From a candidate division FCPU426 bacterium (lineage in GTDB: Bacteria > Oederibacteriota > Muellerivitia > Muellerivitales > Muellerivitaceae), in NCBI GenBank assembly GCA_963796105.1, contig CAWCKJ010000003.1, positions 512,001-576,000 on the forward strand: DNA of 64,000 nt, read 5' to 3'. The position numbers and the translations under genes were made by a program. The notes beneath the pieces were generated by a model. It worked only from the letters and a program-made list of their open reading frames with translations, was not told where the DNA came from and made no database searches. Each line of letters starts with the position of its first letter. Positions within the stretch are counted from its first letter, which is position 1. Positions 9,549 to 19,276 of the stretch are shown in pieces.

Positions 9549-9922
9549 TTATTTAATTTTCGCGGACCATCGAGTCAGGTAGTTTTTCAACAAGTCCGTG
9601 TCCTCTTCCTTGATGGCCTCGAAGTGCAGGCCCTCCCCGTTCTCCGTGGCCCAAACCACTTCGCCGAACGCCGAAAGGATATGGGAAGTCTCGGGAAGGT
9701 TTATCTCAAGGCGGACTATATTTCCTACGCTCAAACCCGAATCCCCCGCCAGGCAAAGGCCGCCCAGGCTCACATTGACGGTATGGCTGACTCGCTCTCC
9801 GCTTTTGCGGTCAAAAATCGACTTCATTTCCTTCTACTATCCAGAACCCGGTGCTTGACGGGAATACTAAGCGGGACCCTGGGATGGATTCTTTTTTCGG
9901 TGAACCTATTCACGTCGGGCAT
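9549..9922 (-). pseudogene. PilZ-domain protein with a one-base frameshift near 9835
   Basis: ATG 9922 gives MPDVNRFTEKRIHPRVPLSIPVKHRVLD (RxxxR); the protein continues in another frame as KEMKSIF...NVSLGG...EVVW, colinear with the PilZ paralogs at 31.7-32.7 kb. Confidence 0.8.
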
Positions 9923-10343
9923 ATAGGGCTTCCTTAAATTCGGTATTTATTTGAGCCGACCAATCTGATGGCGCAATTGATAAATCCGGCTCCATAAACA
10001 CTTTCAGGATACTGAGGCTTAAGGGGGAAATCCTCATTAAACGGGAGAAAATGCGTTAAACGGTTTATCTCAAAAATGTCAGGCTTATCCGGCTTGAATT
10101 TCCCTATCCCCTTTTAAATCACGGGTTAATTCCATTTTCGAAGCCGGATATTGAGCGATTTGGGACTCAATGGCGGATTTGTTTATCGATGAAGGCATTT
10201 TCGTTACAGTGAAAATCCGGGAATCAAAAGCTAAACTAGGACCCTCGAATGCCTTAATTCCGACGGATCATGAAATTGACTGAGTGGAACGGATTTAGAT
10301 AAACAATATTTCAAGGGTTTGAAAAGAATAAAACGAGGAAAAA

Positions 10344-10388
10344 TGGTGCCGAGGGCCAGAATCGAACTGGCGACACGCGGATTTTCAG
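10344..10388 (-). other. 3' half of tRNA-Phe(GAA); att-site remnant of an integrative element
   Basis: Minus strand CTGAAAATCCGCGTGTCGCCAGTTCGATTCTGGCCCTCGGCACCA: anticodon loop, T arm and CCA present, 5' half absent; integrase adjacent. Confidence 0.88.
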
Positions 10389-10512
10389 CGCTCGGTTCCA
10401 TCATTGGGTTCGTCTCAAAAAATGTTCTAAAACCATTTACTGAGGCCGCTTTTACGACGCGTCAACAAACGGTCTAAACTTCAACTACCCTCAAATGTCT
10501 TATACGCGTCTT

Positions 10513-11587
10513 TCACACTCGACTTTCGAGTGTCTTATTCCTTTCCTTCAACCCCAACTTCTCCAAGGCCAAGTGGCGGTCGTCCGGCCCACCGTGTCAT
10601 AGCGCCTGAACATGGCATGCGTTTTATGCCCGCTGATGCTCATGATGACGTTGTCCGGGACACCCGCTTTTCTCAGGTTCGTGACCGACAACGCCTAAGA
10701 TCATGAAAGCGAAAATCCTTGATTCCCGCCCTCTCACAAGCCCTGTGGAACGCCTTTCGGATATTCCCGATGAATTTGCCCTTGAAGGTGAATACAAACC
10801 CGTGTCCCAAGGAAGCGGAATCCCGTGAAGTATTTCCAAAAGCTCTTCATTCAGGGGAATTTCTCGTTTTTCCTGATTTTTAGTGGATTCCGCTTCCAAA
10901 ACTATGACCTTGTTTTGAAAATCCACTTGGTCCCACCTAAGCCGCAAAATCTCCCCCTTCCTCATCGCCGTAACATAGGCCAACTGAACGATTGGCTTCA
11001 GGTGGCCGGAGCATTGAGAGAGGAGTCGCAATATTCATCCGGCGTCAGGGTCCTTGATCGCGGATTCTCCTTGAAAAGTTTTAAGCCCTCAAGGGGATTC
11101 CTATCAAGTTGCCTGTTCAAGACAGACCGGCGAATAATGGTCTTCAAACAGGCGATTTCCCGGTTAAGGGTTGCGCCCTTTAATTCCAAACCCGCCTGCT
11201 GTCTTTGACTTCGGCGAAAAACGACGTATTTTGCAATTTGGTCCAACGTCAGGCTTTCTAATAAACGATCCCCGAAAAAACCCTTGAGATGACCGACAAT
11301 CTGTTCATCCCGGTGAAAACTTTTCTTCATGGATTGCGAATAAGCCAAAAACGCATCTGCGGCCTCACTGAATATCAGCTTCGGCGTTTCCGAGGCCAAA
11401 AACCGATTATCAACAATTGCCTGCATGTGTTGGGCCAATACCTTTTTTGCTTGCGCCAAAGGAATTTGTCCCAATCGGACCCTTTTTCTTCTCGTGACTC
11501 CTTCCTCCTGGACTATGTAGTCCAGGAATATGCCCCATCATCCCTTCTTAGATGCTGGGGTAAGCCGTGAACATTAGGTTTACTCAT
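10513..11587 (-). pseudogene. Tyrosine recombinase/integrase with about five frameshifts
   Basis: Fragments in successive frames: AYxLDYIV...RVRLG, ATLNREIACLK, TAMRKGEIL, FRFHDLR, SISGHKT...RRYD. All catalytic R/H-R/H/Y motifs are recognisable; the start overlaps the xis stop (ATGA). Confidence 0.9.
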
Positions 11588-11859
11588 TGTCCTCTCCTAA
11601 TGTCCCTTGCAGTTGTTATTTTATCAGGATTGGTTTTAAATTCCAACGCACCATTCAACGGAGGTTTGTGGAACGTCCTTTGGAAATCCGAAAGCCATAT
11701 CCTGGGATGTCGTCCGACTTTCACAAAAGGCAAAGTGCCGGAATTCCGCCAGAATCGGACGGTTCGTACCGGCACCTTCGCCATGTGGGATACCTCATCG
11801 TCCGTCATGAGGTCATCCTTATCATTTTCCCGTCTTTTGACTGTTCTTCTTTCATTCAT
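11584..11859 (-). CDS. Excisionase-like HTH DNA-binding protein
   Basis: LMTDDEVSHMAKVPVRTVRFWRNSGTLPFVKVGRHPRI (HTH_17/Xis-like), directly upstream of the integrase. Confidence 0.85.
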   Translation of the reverse strand: MNERRTVKRRENDKDDLMTDDEVSHMAKVPVRTVRFWRNSGTLPFVKVGRHPRIWLSDFQRTFHKPPLNGALEFKTNPDKITTARDIRRGQ

Positions 11860-12001
11860 TGGTCCATCTCCGCAATCGTTACTATTTTTTCGATTTCATT
11901 CTTTGTTTTCTTGCTTTGATTCCAATTCACAATCTTTTGGTTTTAAATAAAACGCCCATTGATAGACGTTTTTTAAAAGCTACCAAATTTCAATAATAGG
12001 A

Positions 12002-12170
12002 AACAGGTCCATAAATGGTCCTCTTATCACATTCAGGTTTATTTAAACCTATCAAAAAGCGGAACCGCCCAACAGGTCTTTAAAGTCCGCTTATCACATT
12101 TAGCGTTTATTTAAATCTATCAAAAATCGGAACCACTCAACAGGACCTGGGAAGTCCCCTATTTCATTTA
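12002..12170. repeat. Imperfect tandem repeat, about 68-bp unit, 2.5 copies
   Basis: AACAGG...CTTATCACATT...GTTTATTTAAA.CTATCAAAAA.CGGAACC at 12002 and 12071, partial copy at 12139. Confidence 0.85.
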
Positions 12171-13078
12171 ACTTTTTCCAAATATTTTCCTCAGCCATTA
12201 ACTTCAATTCTCCCATTTTCAGCCGAAAATAAAAACGAAAGGGGATTTCGTGTTAATTATTACCTGGCATTAACCCACCCCAATCAAAAGTTCAGCCATT
12301 CCTCCTCAAAAGCGTTTTTTTTGGTCCTTTGAATTCCATTCTCGTTTGTTTATCAATAAATAAAACATCCGTTCCCGGACGTTTTTAATGAAATCCCCAA
12401 ATTTTATTCTCGTATTATTAATCGTTAATTAAAACGATCATAACCGTCGTATTTCTTTTTCAGGCTACTAAGAAATTTTTCAAGAAACACCTATACAAAT
12501 CTGGGTGTTTAATAAATATTCAAAAACAAGAATTGGAGAATTTCAAAAATACTTATCCCTGGTTTGTTAAACCCTACCAAATCCCTGACGTGAAAAACAC
12601 GGCCGCTAACGCCGTGTTAAAAATCAGACAAGCCAACCATTCTTTGAGTGGTTGAAAAACCTACCAAATATGGTCATAAAGAAAAACCTCCCTTCGGGCG
12701 GTATTTTCAAACTATAACTGAGAGAATAAAACGTAGAAAAAACTACATATTATTTTGAATAGCAAATATCAATCCAAGTCATAAAAAAACCGGAATTATT
12801 ACGATATTTTCCAACTTCCGCCGGAAGGAATATACACGGTTGTAACCGTTTACGATTTGTAATGGCTTTCTCTGTAGTAATTGGGGAATTCCAATTGATT
12901 TTTCGGTAGGGGTACGTCTAGATGAGACGACATCGAATTCCAGCTTCTAAATTCATATTTACAACTTGGTAAAACAGAATGGGGTTTGACCTGCCCTCAG
13001 GCTTTTGCCTCAAGAGGAATGATCGATTAATTGTTAATAGGGTGAGATTGAATCCGTTGGATCTTCAAAAAAATACCT

Positions 13079-14140
13079 TTAAATCTTCTTATATCTCGTT
13101 GTCCGGCCCAAACCGATTCGCTCAACCTTCTTCAGGCGCATAAGCTTATCCAACACCTGGTTCACCGTCGGCCTAGCGACCTTTGCTTTTTTGGCAATCT
13201 CACCTGGGGTGGCTTCCTCTACCGTCTGGAGGTATTCCCAAACGGACAATTGCTTGGGTGAGAGGATTTTCCCGATATCCTCATGCGTCAAAAGCTTAAC
13301 CGCAGCCCTGGCCTGGCTCAAAATCATTGTCAAAAAGAACTCCAACCAAACGCTGATATCCTCGCGTTTCGTCGTGAGGGTCCTTTGACTCTTGCGCAGG
13401 GCCATGTAATAGTCGGGCTTGTTGTCCTCAACCAGTTTCTCATGGGATACATAGGGCATGAATAAATAACCCGCCTGGAGAAGTAGGAAGTTGGTCAGGA
13501 CACGGGATATCCTGCCGTTCCCATCCTCGAAAGGATGGATTTTCAGGAATTCCACGATGAAATTGCCAATGACCAGCAGGGGATGAAAATTTTTCTTCCC
13601 CAGTGCCTCTTGCGTCCATTCCACGAGTTCCTGCATTTCCTTGGCGGTCAGGTAGGCGGGAGTGGTGTCAAAAAGGATGCCGGCCGACTTCCCCGCCGCG
13701 TCGATCATGTGAACCTTGTTTTCCTTCTTCTTGTATTGCCCTCGGTGTAGCTTGTCCTTGTCAACGTACTTGAGCATTTCCTGGTGCAGATGCTTGATGG
13801 TCCCTTCGGTTAAACGGAGGGTCTCCCATGCGTCGAAGACGTTTTGAAGGAGCTCGAAGTAGCCCTTCACCTCCTGCTTGTCCCTGTCGGCGAATTTCTG
13901 GATGGAAATACCCCGCATCAGTTTCTCTATATCCTCGTCCGAGAGCAGGGCTCCCTCAATGCGGGTGGAGGCCCCAGTGGAAGTAACCAACACCGATCTC
14001 TTGAGGCGTCCCAGAATTTGGGGGCTGAGCTTGGCACCCGCCGTCCACTGGCCCTTCAATTCGTCGATCTGGGCGACCTTTGCCCATATCTCGCCTGAAA
14101 GCTGCTGGATTCTCTTTTCAAATTTCCCCTCAACGGCCAT
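13079..14140 (-). CDS. Fic-domain protein (class II) with C-terminal wHTH
   Basis: HPFEDGNGRISR; N-terminal STRIEG inhibitory motif. Confidence 0.92.
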   Translation of the reverse strand: MAVEGKFEKRIQQLSGEIWAKVAQIDELKGQWTAGAKLSPQILGRLKRSVLVTSTGASTRIEGALLSDEDIEKLMRGISIQKFADRDKQEVKGYFELLQNVFDAWETLRLTEGTIKHLHQEMLKYVDKDKLHRGQYKKKENKVHMIDAAGKSAGILFDTTPAYLTAKEMQELVEWTQEALGKKNFHPLLVIGNFIVEFLKIHPFEDGNGRISRVLTNFLLLQAGYLFMPYVSHEKLVEDNKPDYYMALRKSQRTLTTKREDISVWLEFFLTMILSQARAAVKLLTHEDIGKILSPKQLSVWEYLQTVEEATPGEIAKKAKVARPTVNQVLDKLMRLKKVERIGLGRTTRYKKI

Positions 14141-15719
14141 TTTTCAATCTCCTATTCAGTTCATATTCGAATGTATAAGATTATATAAGATTACCACATC
14201 CAATGAAAGAGGCCATTGCGCAAGAGGTATGACGACAATGACTCTCCGGTTTCGGAGGTAGGGTCCTGTCATCCTTGAACATGTGCGGTTTATGTTCTCG
14301 AAGCTTGATATTCCAAACACAAACCGATCTTGAATCCATAGGAAACACCATCTTTCTTTCCAACAAATCCGCGCCGCCAACGGGGTCACGACGGCACACC
14401 GGCCCGGTGGCTGTCGTTTCCCTCCACCGAGTTTCATATCGAGGCCTCTTAATCATCATGTAATTTTTTTGCGGCTTTCCGAAACGAAATTTGGGCAAAC
14501 ATTCCCCAAGTCTTACCAGACAAAACCCTGTAAGACCTTTTGCAGGGCGATTTCGATTTCCTCGTCCGGAACCTTCCAGCCTAGGGCCTCCGGCTTCTGT
14601 CCTTCCGCCTTCTGCGGTTCCTTCTCCTGCGTGTTCTTTTCGTCCATGCCCATCACCCCCTTTTTTCTTTGTTTTTTTTGTTGGCTATTCGCCTTTAAAA
14701 AACCGCCTTCCACCTCCCCCCTCAAAAACCCGAGGGGGGAGGGGAAGGCAAATGCGGGAGTTTTGGGAGTTCGTGCGGAAAAACGTCCTGAAAATAAGGA
14801 AGGGGAAAACAAAGTAAGGCCACCCTTTACTTTTGTGACAGCCGCACATTCCGGCTGGCGCAAAAGTTGCCTTGCAAGGGGGCCGTGTTAGGTAAGAAAA
14901 CTGCCATTGGGCCTCGGGACGAACTACCGAAACTATCTCTCGTCCTAAGACCTCAACTACCGGACTTCTTTGTCTTGTTTATGGGTTTGCTGCTGAACTA
15001 CAGGAGGGACTAACAACTAAGTTCCACAAGGAAGGAAAAACCACTTCACCACCCACCACCGTCGAAGTCGGGCCCAGTTCTTTTTCGGAATCCCCGCTAC
15101 CCGAAGCGCCGGTTCCCCGTCAGGGGAACTGCCAACGGCATTTCAAAAATGGGAAACCGAGTGGGTATCACTTTTGTTACCACGAAATTTTCCATTTTTG
15201 AAACGGCCATGAGGCCTCAAAGTCCCCTTTCATTTATCGGCGGCGTGCCGGGATGGCATTTTTCGTTCATCCAGGCGTGCCGCCGCCGCAGGGGAAGTGC
15301 CAATCGGATAAACCGAAATGAAGCCTTTCACCTTCCCACGGAGTGCTAATTAAAAAGGCGTAATGAGGTTTTCCGCTTGGCGGGGTCCCCGGCGGGAAAT
15401 GAAAGGGAGTTTACGGCTACCACCTCGCTCTCCCGCCACCGGTTCAAGGGATTCCAAAGGGTATTTTCCCTTTGGCAAGGGGCTTGGGGGCAGACGCCAC
15501 CAAGGGAAAGGGGTGCGGGAGAGATCGGGCCGCGTTGTTCCTTTGGCGGCCCAGCTCGACCCAGGGGGAAGGCCCAGTGCTAAGGAGCCGTAGGCTCCTT
15601 AGCGCGTTCCCCCCCTTAAAAAGCCTAAAGTTTTCCTTAGGGGGTTCCTATCAAATCTATTTAATCTTCTAAATCCCGGATATCCAATAAGATATAAAAA
15701 CAACCTTCTATCGCGTATT

Positions 15720-15758
15720 TAGCCCGGCTTCCTGGGGGGTTCCAAGGAAGCCGGGCTA
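15720..15758. repeat. Perfect 14-bp inverted repeat (terminator-like hairpin)
   Basis: TAGCCCGGCTTCCT / AGGAAGCCGGGCTA. Confidence 0.7.
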
Positions 15759-16470
15759 TCTTTGGAATTGTCATAGTTCCTTTTGACTTTTACCTGCTCT
15801 CATTCCAGCTTCTAGCACCCCTTTAATAACACCACCAACCCCTAAACCGTTACCCCCGCCGACCTTCATCTAACACTTACTCACTACCATTCACCTTGCT
15901 GTTACCAACCTTTGACACCCACCTACCACTGCTACCATTTTCTACGGTCTTCTTTACCTGCACCACCTTTGACTCCTGCTACCACTTCCCTCACGTACTC
16001 CCACTTCTGTTCTCTTTCTTCTTTGTCTTTCTCAATTACTCTTTTATCTACGCATCAATTCAAGTTTTACAATTTATTAAGGTTTTCTCAGCGAAGAGGG
16101 CGAACCCCCCTATCGTTTCTAGCATCATTACTTGATGCGTAGATAGGGGGGTTCGCCATCAGAGCATGAGAAAACCCGCCTTAAACAATCTCCAAACCCA
16201 CTTTTTGCTTTCAAATGGTTTGAAAGCCTTTCAACCGCGACTAAAGTCGCCACCAACCGCCCATGCCACCCCCTCCCATCCGGTCTTTTCCCGGTTTAGG
16301 TCATCCTGGCGATGGGCAAGCCCCTGAGCCGGGTCGTGTAGTGCGGGGGCTGTTACAAAAGCAAAACCCCGTAAAAGCCTCATTCTGCTTATGCGGGGTT
16401 CCTGTTTTTCTAAATTGTTAAGGTGATCTTTTTTTGCTGGTTTTTCCCGGTCCGTTATAGGTGCAACCGT

Positions 16471-16656
16471 TTATCGTTTCCTGGCCAACTTCTCCTGCCG
16501 GGCTTTTTCACTACTAGCTATTAAATCGCCGGATTTTTCCTGGCATTTCTTGTGGAATCCTTCCCACCCGAGTCTGTCAATTTCCCTGGGCACTTTACGT
16601 TTCCAAGCCCTTACTTCCAAAAGGCTTTTCGGTTCCGTGTATTTAATCTTTTTCAT
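16471..16656 (-). CDS. Small hypothetical protein, likely partner of the PIN remnant
   Basis: Overlaps the PIN fragment stop; 61 aa, charged. Confidence 0.5.
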   Translation of the reverse strand: MKKIKYTEPKSLLEVRAWKRKVPREIDRLGWEGFHKKCQEKSGDLIASSEKARQEKLARKR

Positions 16657-16846
16657 CGCCCAAAACCTCCAACGGCGTTACCAACTGGATGGGAAAAGTA
16701 TATCCCTTTTCAAGGTTCAAAACCATTACCCGTTTTCGACGGTTTACATTGGCCAAATGCCTAAAATTCCAACTCACCAAGGCATCCATTTCATAAACTG
16801 TCGAATAAGCCACATGCAAAGCATCAACACGGTTTCTTTTCGGCAA
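16643..16846 (-). pseudogene. C-terminal fragment of a PIN-domain protein
   Basis: DALHVAYSTV..MDALVSWNFRHLANV...VTPLEVL; N-terminal half missing. Confidence 0.75.
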
Positions 16847-17030
16847 TACCCCACTTTTCGACCGGCGCGGACAGTCGGAAGCATTGAAGGAAAAATCCGG
16901 AATAAAACATGGTTGGGGAGCCTATTGAACTTCTATTACCGTTACGGAAATCAACAAATTACCAATGAAAACCCCAAGGAAAACGTCTCATGAATATTTT
17001 TACCCAAAGGGGTAGATCGAGAATCGAAAA

Positions 17031-19055
17031 TTAAAAACCTTTATAAGAAGACTTAAAAGGGATGATTTTCCGGTGAAGAAGTTCGAAGGCCAACCAATAA
17101 CTAACAAGGAGATGCCCCTCCGTCGTGAAATGATCCTTTTCACTGATTTCCGAAAAAGGGTAGAAACTGATACGGTAAGAATTCATTTCAGGACTCAAAT
17201 CGATGTAATCGACTTGAGCTTTCTCGACCACGTTTCTAAAAAAGGCCGTGCCCATTTGCGGTTGCGACACTCCAGCCGCAGGCAACAAAGCTTCCACAAG
17301 CCGAATCGGCTTACCTTGGCTAGTCTTCATTTCATTAAGCTTTTTCTTAAAAAGCGCTATGGGTTCCGAGAACATTTGAGCGGCACAATCCAGGAATTCA
17401 GGATCGGTTGGAAAAGGTTGGTAGACCCATTGAATTTTGTTTTCTGGGTTAATAGTACAGATCTTTTTGGCAAGGCCGAGGTCCAAAAGTTTCTTCGGGG
17501 TGCCGTTTCGAATTCTTTCCTGGATAGGTTTCAGAATAAATTCGGGGTCAAATTTATCGGCGGGAATTCCCTGGTCGGTCAGGGGCTTGTCAAAATAAGA
17601 TTCCAAATCAAAGTTGGGGGTAAAAACACCCAAAACCATATCCACATCATACGTCTGGGCTAATTCGGGTAAAGCGTAATAAGACCAAATATTGAAGTTT
17701 TCATATGAGACCTTCCAGTAATGCAAAACCTCGAAACGTGTCGGCACATCCAATAGTGAAGCCATCATGTTGAGAGCCGTCTCCAACCGCTTGCTCATGA
17801 TGACGCTACGGTCCCCATAGACCCCATCCGGCGAGGAATGAGGGTCGTCGTGAATGTTAGTCGCTGTCCGCGAATCCCCAAATAAAAGAATTCGAAAAGT
17901 TCGGGGCGGCTTTCGCCGAGGGTATTCGTAGTCATAAAGACCTCCGCTGCTTACCGTATTCGTTTTTTGAAAGTCGACCATGGATAAATCCCTATAGGAT
18001 GTCACGATATTCAAAACGGAATGGGATAGGTAGAGTTTTCGATCCGATTGAGGGTCTGGAACCAAGGCCATTTTATAGGTGTCTCCATTTACTTCGCTAA
18101 AAAATGCGCATAAAGAAGGTTCCTGTATTGTTTTACCCCATATCGAAATGAAAGTGACGGGTTGATAGGCGGGAGTCAGGCGGGCCAGCGGAGCAGTCGT
18201 CACTCTTTGAATCGCGTAAAGAATCTTCCCGGACCAGGCCAGACTTTCAATCTTTTCGCCTTGGGCGAAAGGACTCCAGGTGAATGTGGTTCCCTGTCCG
18301 GCGATACTGATGGGAAGCCCTTCAAAAACCTGTTGACCACTTTGGTCCACCATATAAAGTTTATTGTCGTACCCGCAAAGTGCCGTCGGTCGAGGAATTT
18401 CAGACTTCCCTCTAATCACCGTTGTGACTTGGAGCGTCTTTATATCCAAAGCCCGCAAAGCACCGTAGTCCGGCTGGGTAAAATAAAGTTTCCCTTGGGA
18501 AGCCAAATAAACCATGTTATAAATGTCTCCCGCCTGGGCCTTTCTTCCTTCCCCATCGCTAACGCCGTTCTGTCCATTCCCGACTATGGTGGTCACGTTT
18601 TTCGACTTCAGGTTGATTAAACGAATACAAAAATCGCCTTCATCACTAACGGCGATTTGTTCATCCGGGAGATATGCCATTTCATTGGGTTGGCTGAAAG
18701 TGGCGTCGGTAAGGGATCCGTCCTTATTTCCGACCGCACCGGTCCCAGCAAGGGTGGTAACCTGGTTGGAATGCTCCAAGTCCACCATTCGGATGCAATG
18801 GTTTCCCCTATCGGCAATGTAAAGCCTGGTTCCTTCCGGATTGATAGTCATTCCGCAAGGACTATTAAAACGCGATGTATAAAAAGTTCCGTTAATCAAT
18901 CCCGCATGTAAATCGCCCGCTACCAGATCTTGGAAGCTGCTCATGGGTCCCAGGGCAAGGGAAGGGAGGGGAAACATAAGCGGGAATAACAGCGACCACA
19001 GGAAACGTTTCACCACCAAAAGTGCTGTTTCCTGAAGAACCGGCTTTCGATTCAT
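17031..19055 (-). CDS. Exported NHL-repeat beta-propeller protein with C-terminal SGNH-hydrolase-like domain
   Basis: ATG 19055 after GGAGG; signal peptide; LYIADRGNHCIR and TLAGTG NHL motifs; FRILLFGDSRT and KDHFTTEGH SGNH-like blocks. Confidence 0.75.
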   Translation of the reverse strand: MNRKPVLQETALLVVKRFLWSLLFPLMFPLPSLALGPMSSFQDLVAGDLHAGLINGTFYTSRFNSPCGMTINPEGTRLYIADRGNHCIRMVDLEHSNQVTTLAGTGAVGNKDGSLTDATFSQPNEMAYLPDEQIAVSDEGDFCIRLINLKSKNVTTIVGNGQNGVSDGEGRKAQAGDIYNMVYLASQGKLYFTQPDYGALRALDIKTLQVTTVIRGKSEIPRPTALCGYDNKLYMVDQSGQQVFEGLPISIAGQGTTFTWSPFAQGEKIESLAWSGKILYAIQRVTTAPLARLTPAYQPVTFISIWGKTIQEPSLCAFFSEVNGDTYKMALVPDPQSDRKLYLSHSVLNIVTSYRDLSMVDFQKTNTVSSGGLYDYEYPRRKPPRTFRILLFGDSRTATNIHDDPHSSPDGVYGDRSVIMSKRLETALNMMASLLDVPTRFEVLHYWKVSYENFNIWSYYALPELAQTYDVDMVLGVFTPNFDLESYFDKPLTDQGIPADKFDPEFILKPIQERIRNGTPKKLLDLGLAKKICTINPENKIQWVYQPFPTDPEFLDCAAQMFSEPIALFKKKLNEMKTSQGKPIRLVEALLPAAGVSQPQMGTAFFRNVVEKAQVDYIDLSPEMNSYRISFYPFSEISEKDHFTTEGHLLVSYWLAFELLHRKIIPFKSSYKGF

Positions 19056-19091
19056 ATTTGCCTCCGGACCTTGACGGCGATCCGAAAATGC

Positions 19092-19202
19092 GTCAAGGGC
19101 AACCCTTCGGGTCACCACTTGGGCGGGCATGGAACCCCGCCCAAGTACACGGCTAGGCTCCTGGGCAAGCCCGGAGCTTTTGGAGCCGGTCATTGGGCTA
19201 AA
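19092..19202 (-). ncRNA. Structured non-coding element, copy 1 (candidate cis-regulatory RNA or MITE)
   Basis: Homologous to 20993-21103 and 51102-51337, with compensatory changes in the stems. Confidence 0.55.
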
Positions 19203-19276
19203 TAATTCGTTAGCTATATCAGTTTGATATTTTTATGGAATATTTCCATGTGCCGGCCATCTGGGACAACTAAAAC

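Noticed and set aside
10344..10420. Intact tRNA-Phe
   Set aside because: The 5' acceptor strand, D arm and 5' anticodon stem are absent
10513..11587. Programmed frameshifting in the integrase
   Set aside because: About five separate shifts without slippery heptamers; decay or sequencing error is more plausible
12002..12170. 68-bp periodicity as CRISPR repeat-spacer units
   Set aside because: Similarity extends across the whole unit, so there are no unique spacers
19140..19155. AGCCGTGT as group II intron domain V
   Set aside because: No complementary DV stem (CGGTTC) or domain VI follows, and no reverse transcriptase is present
19056..19193. 46-aa N-terminal extensions of the two NHL proteins given in the ORF track
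   Set aside because: Good RBS plus ATG and signal peptides lie downstream; substitutions preserve base pairing; a homolog at 51.1 kb is not part of such an ORF
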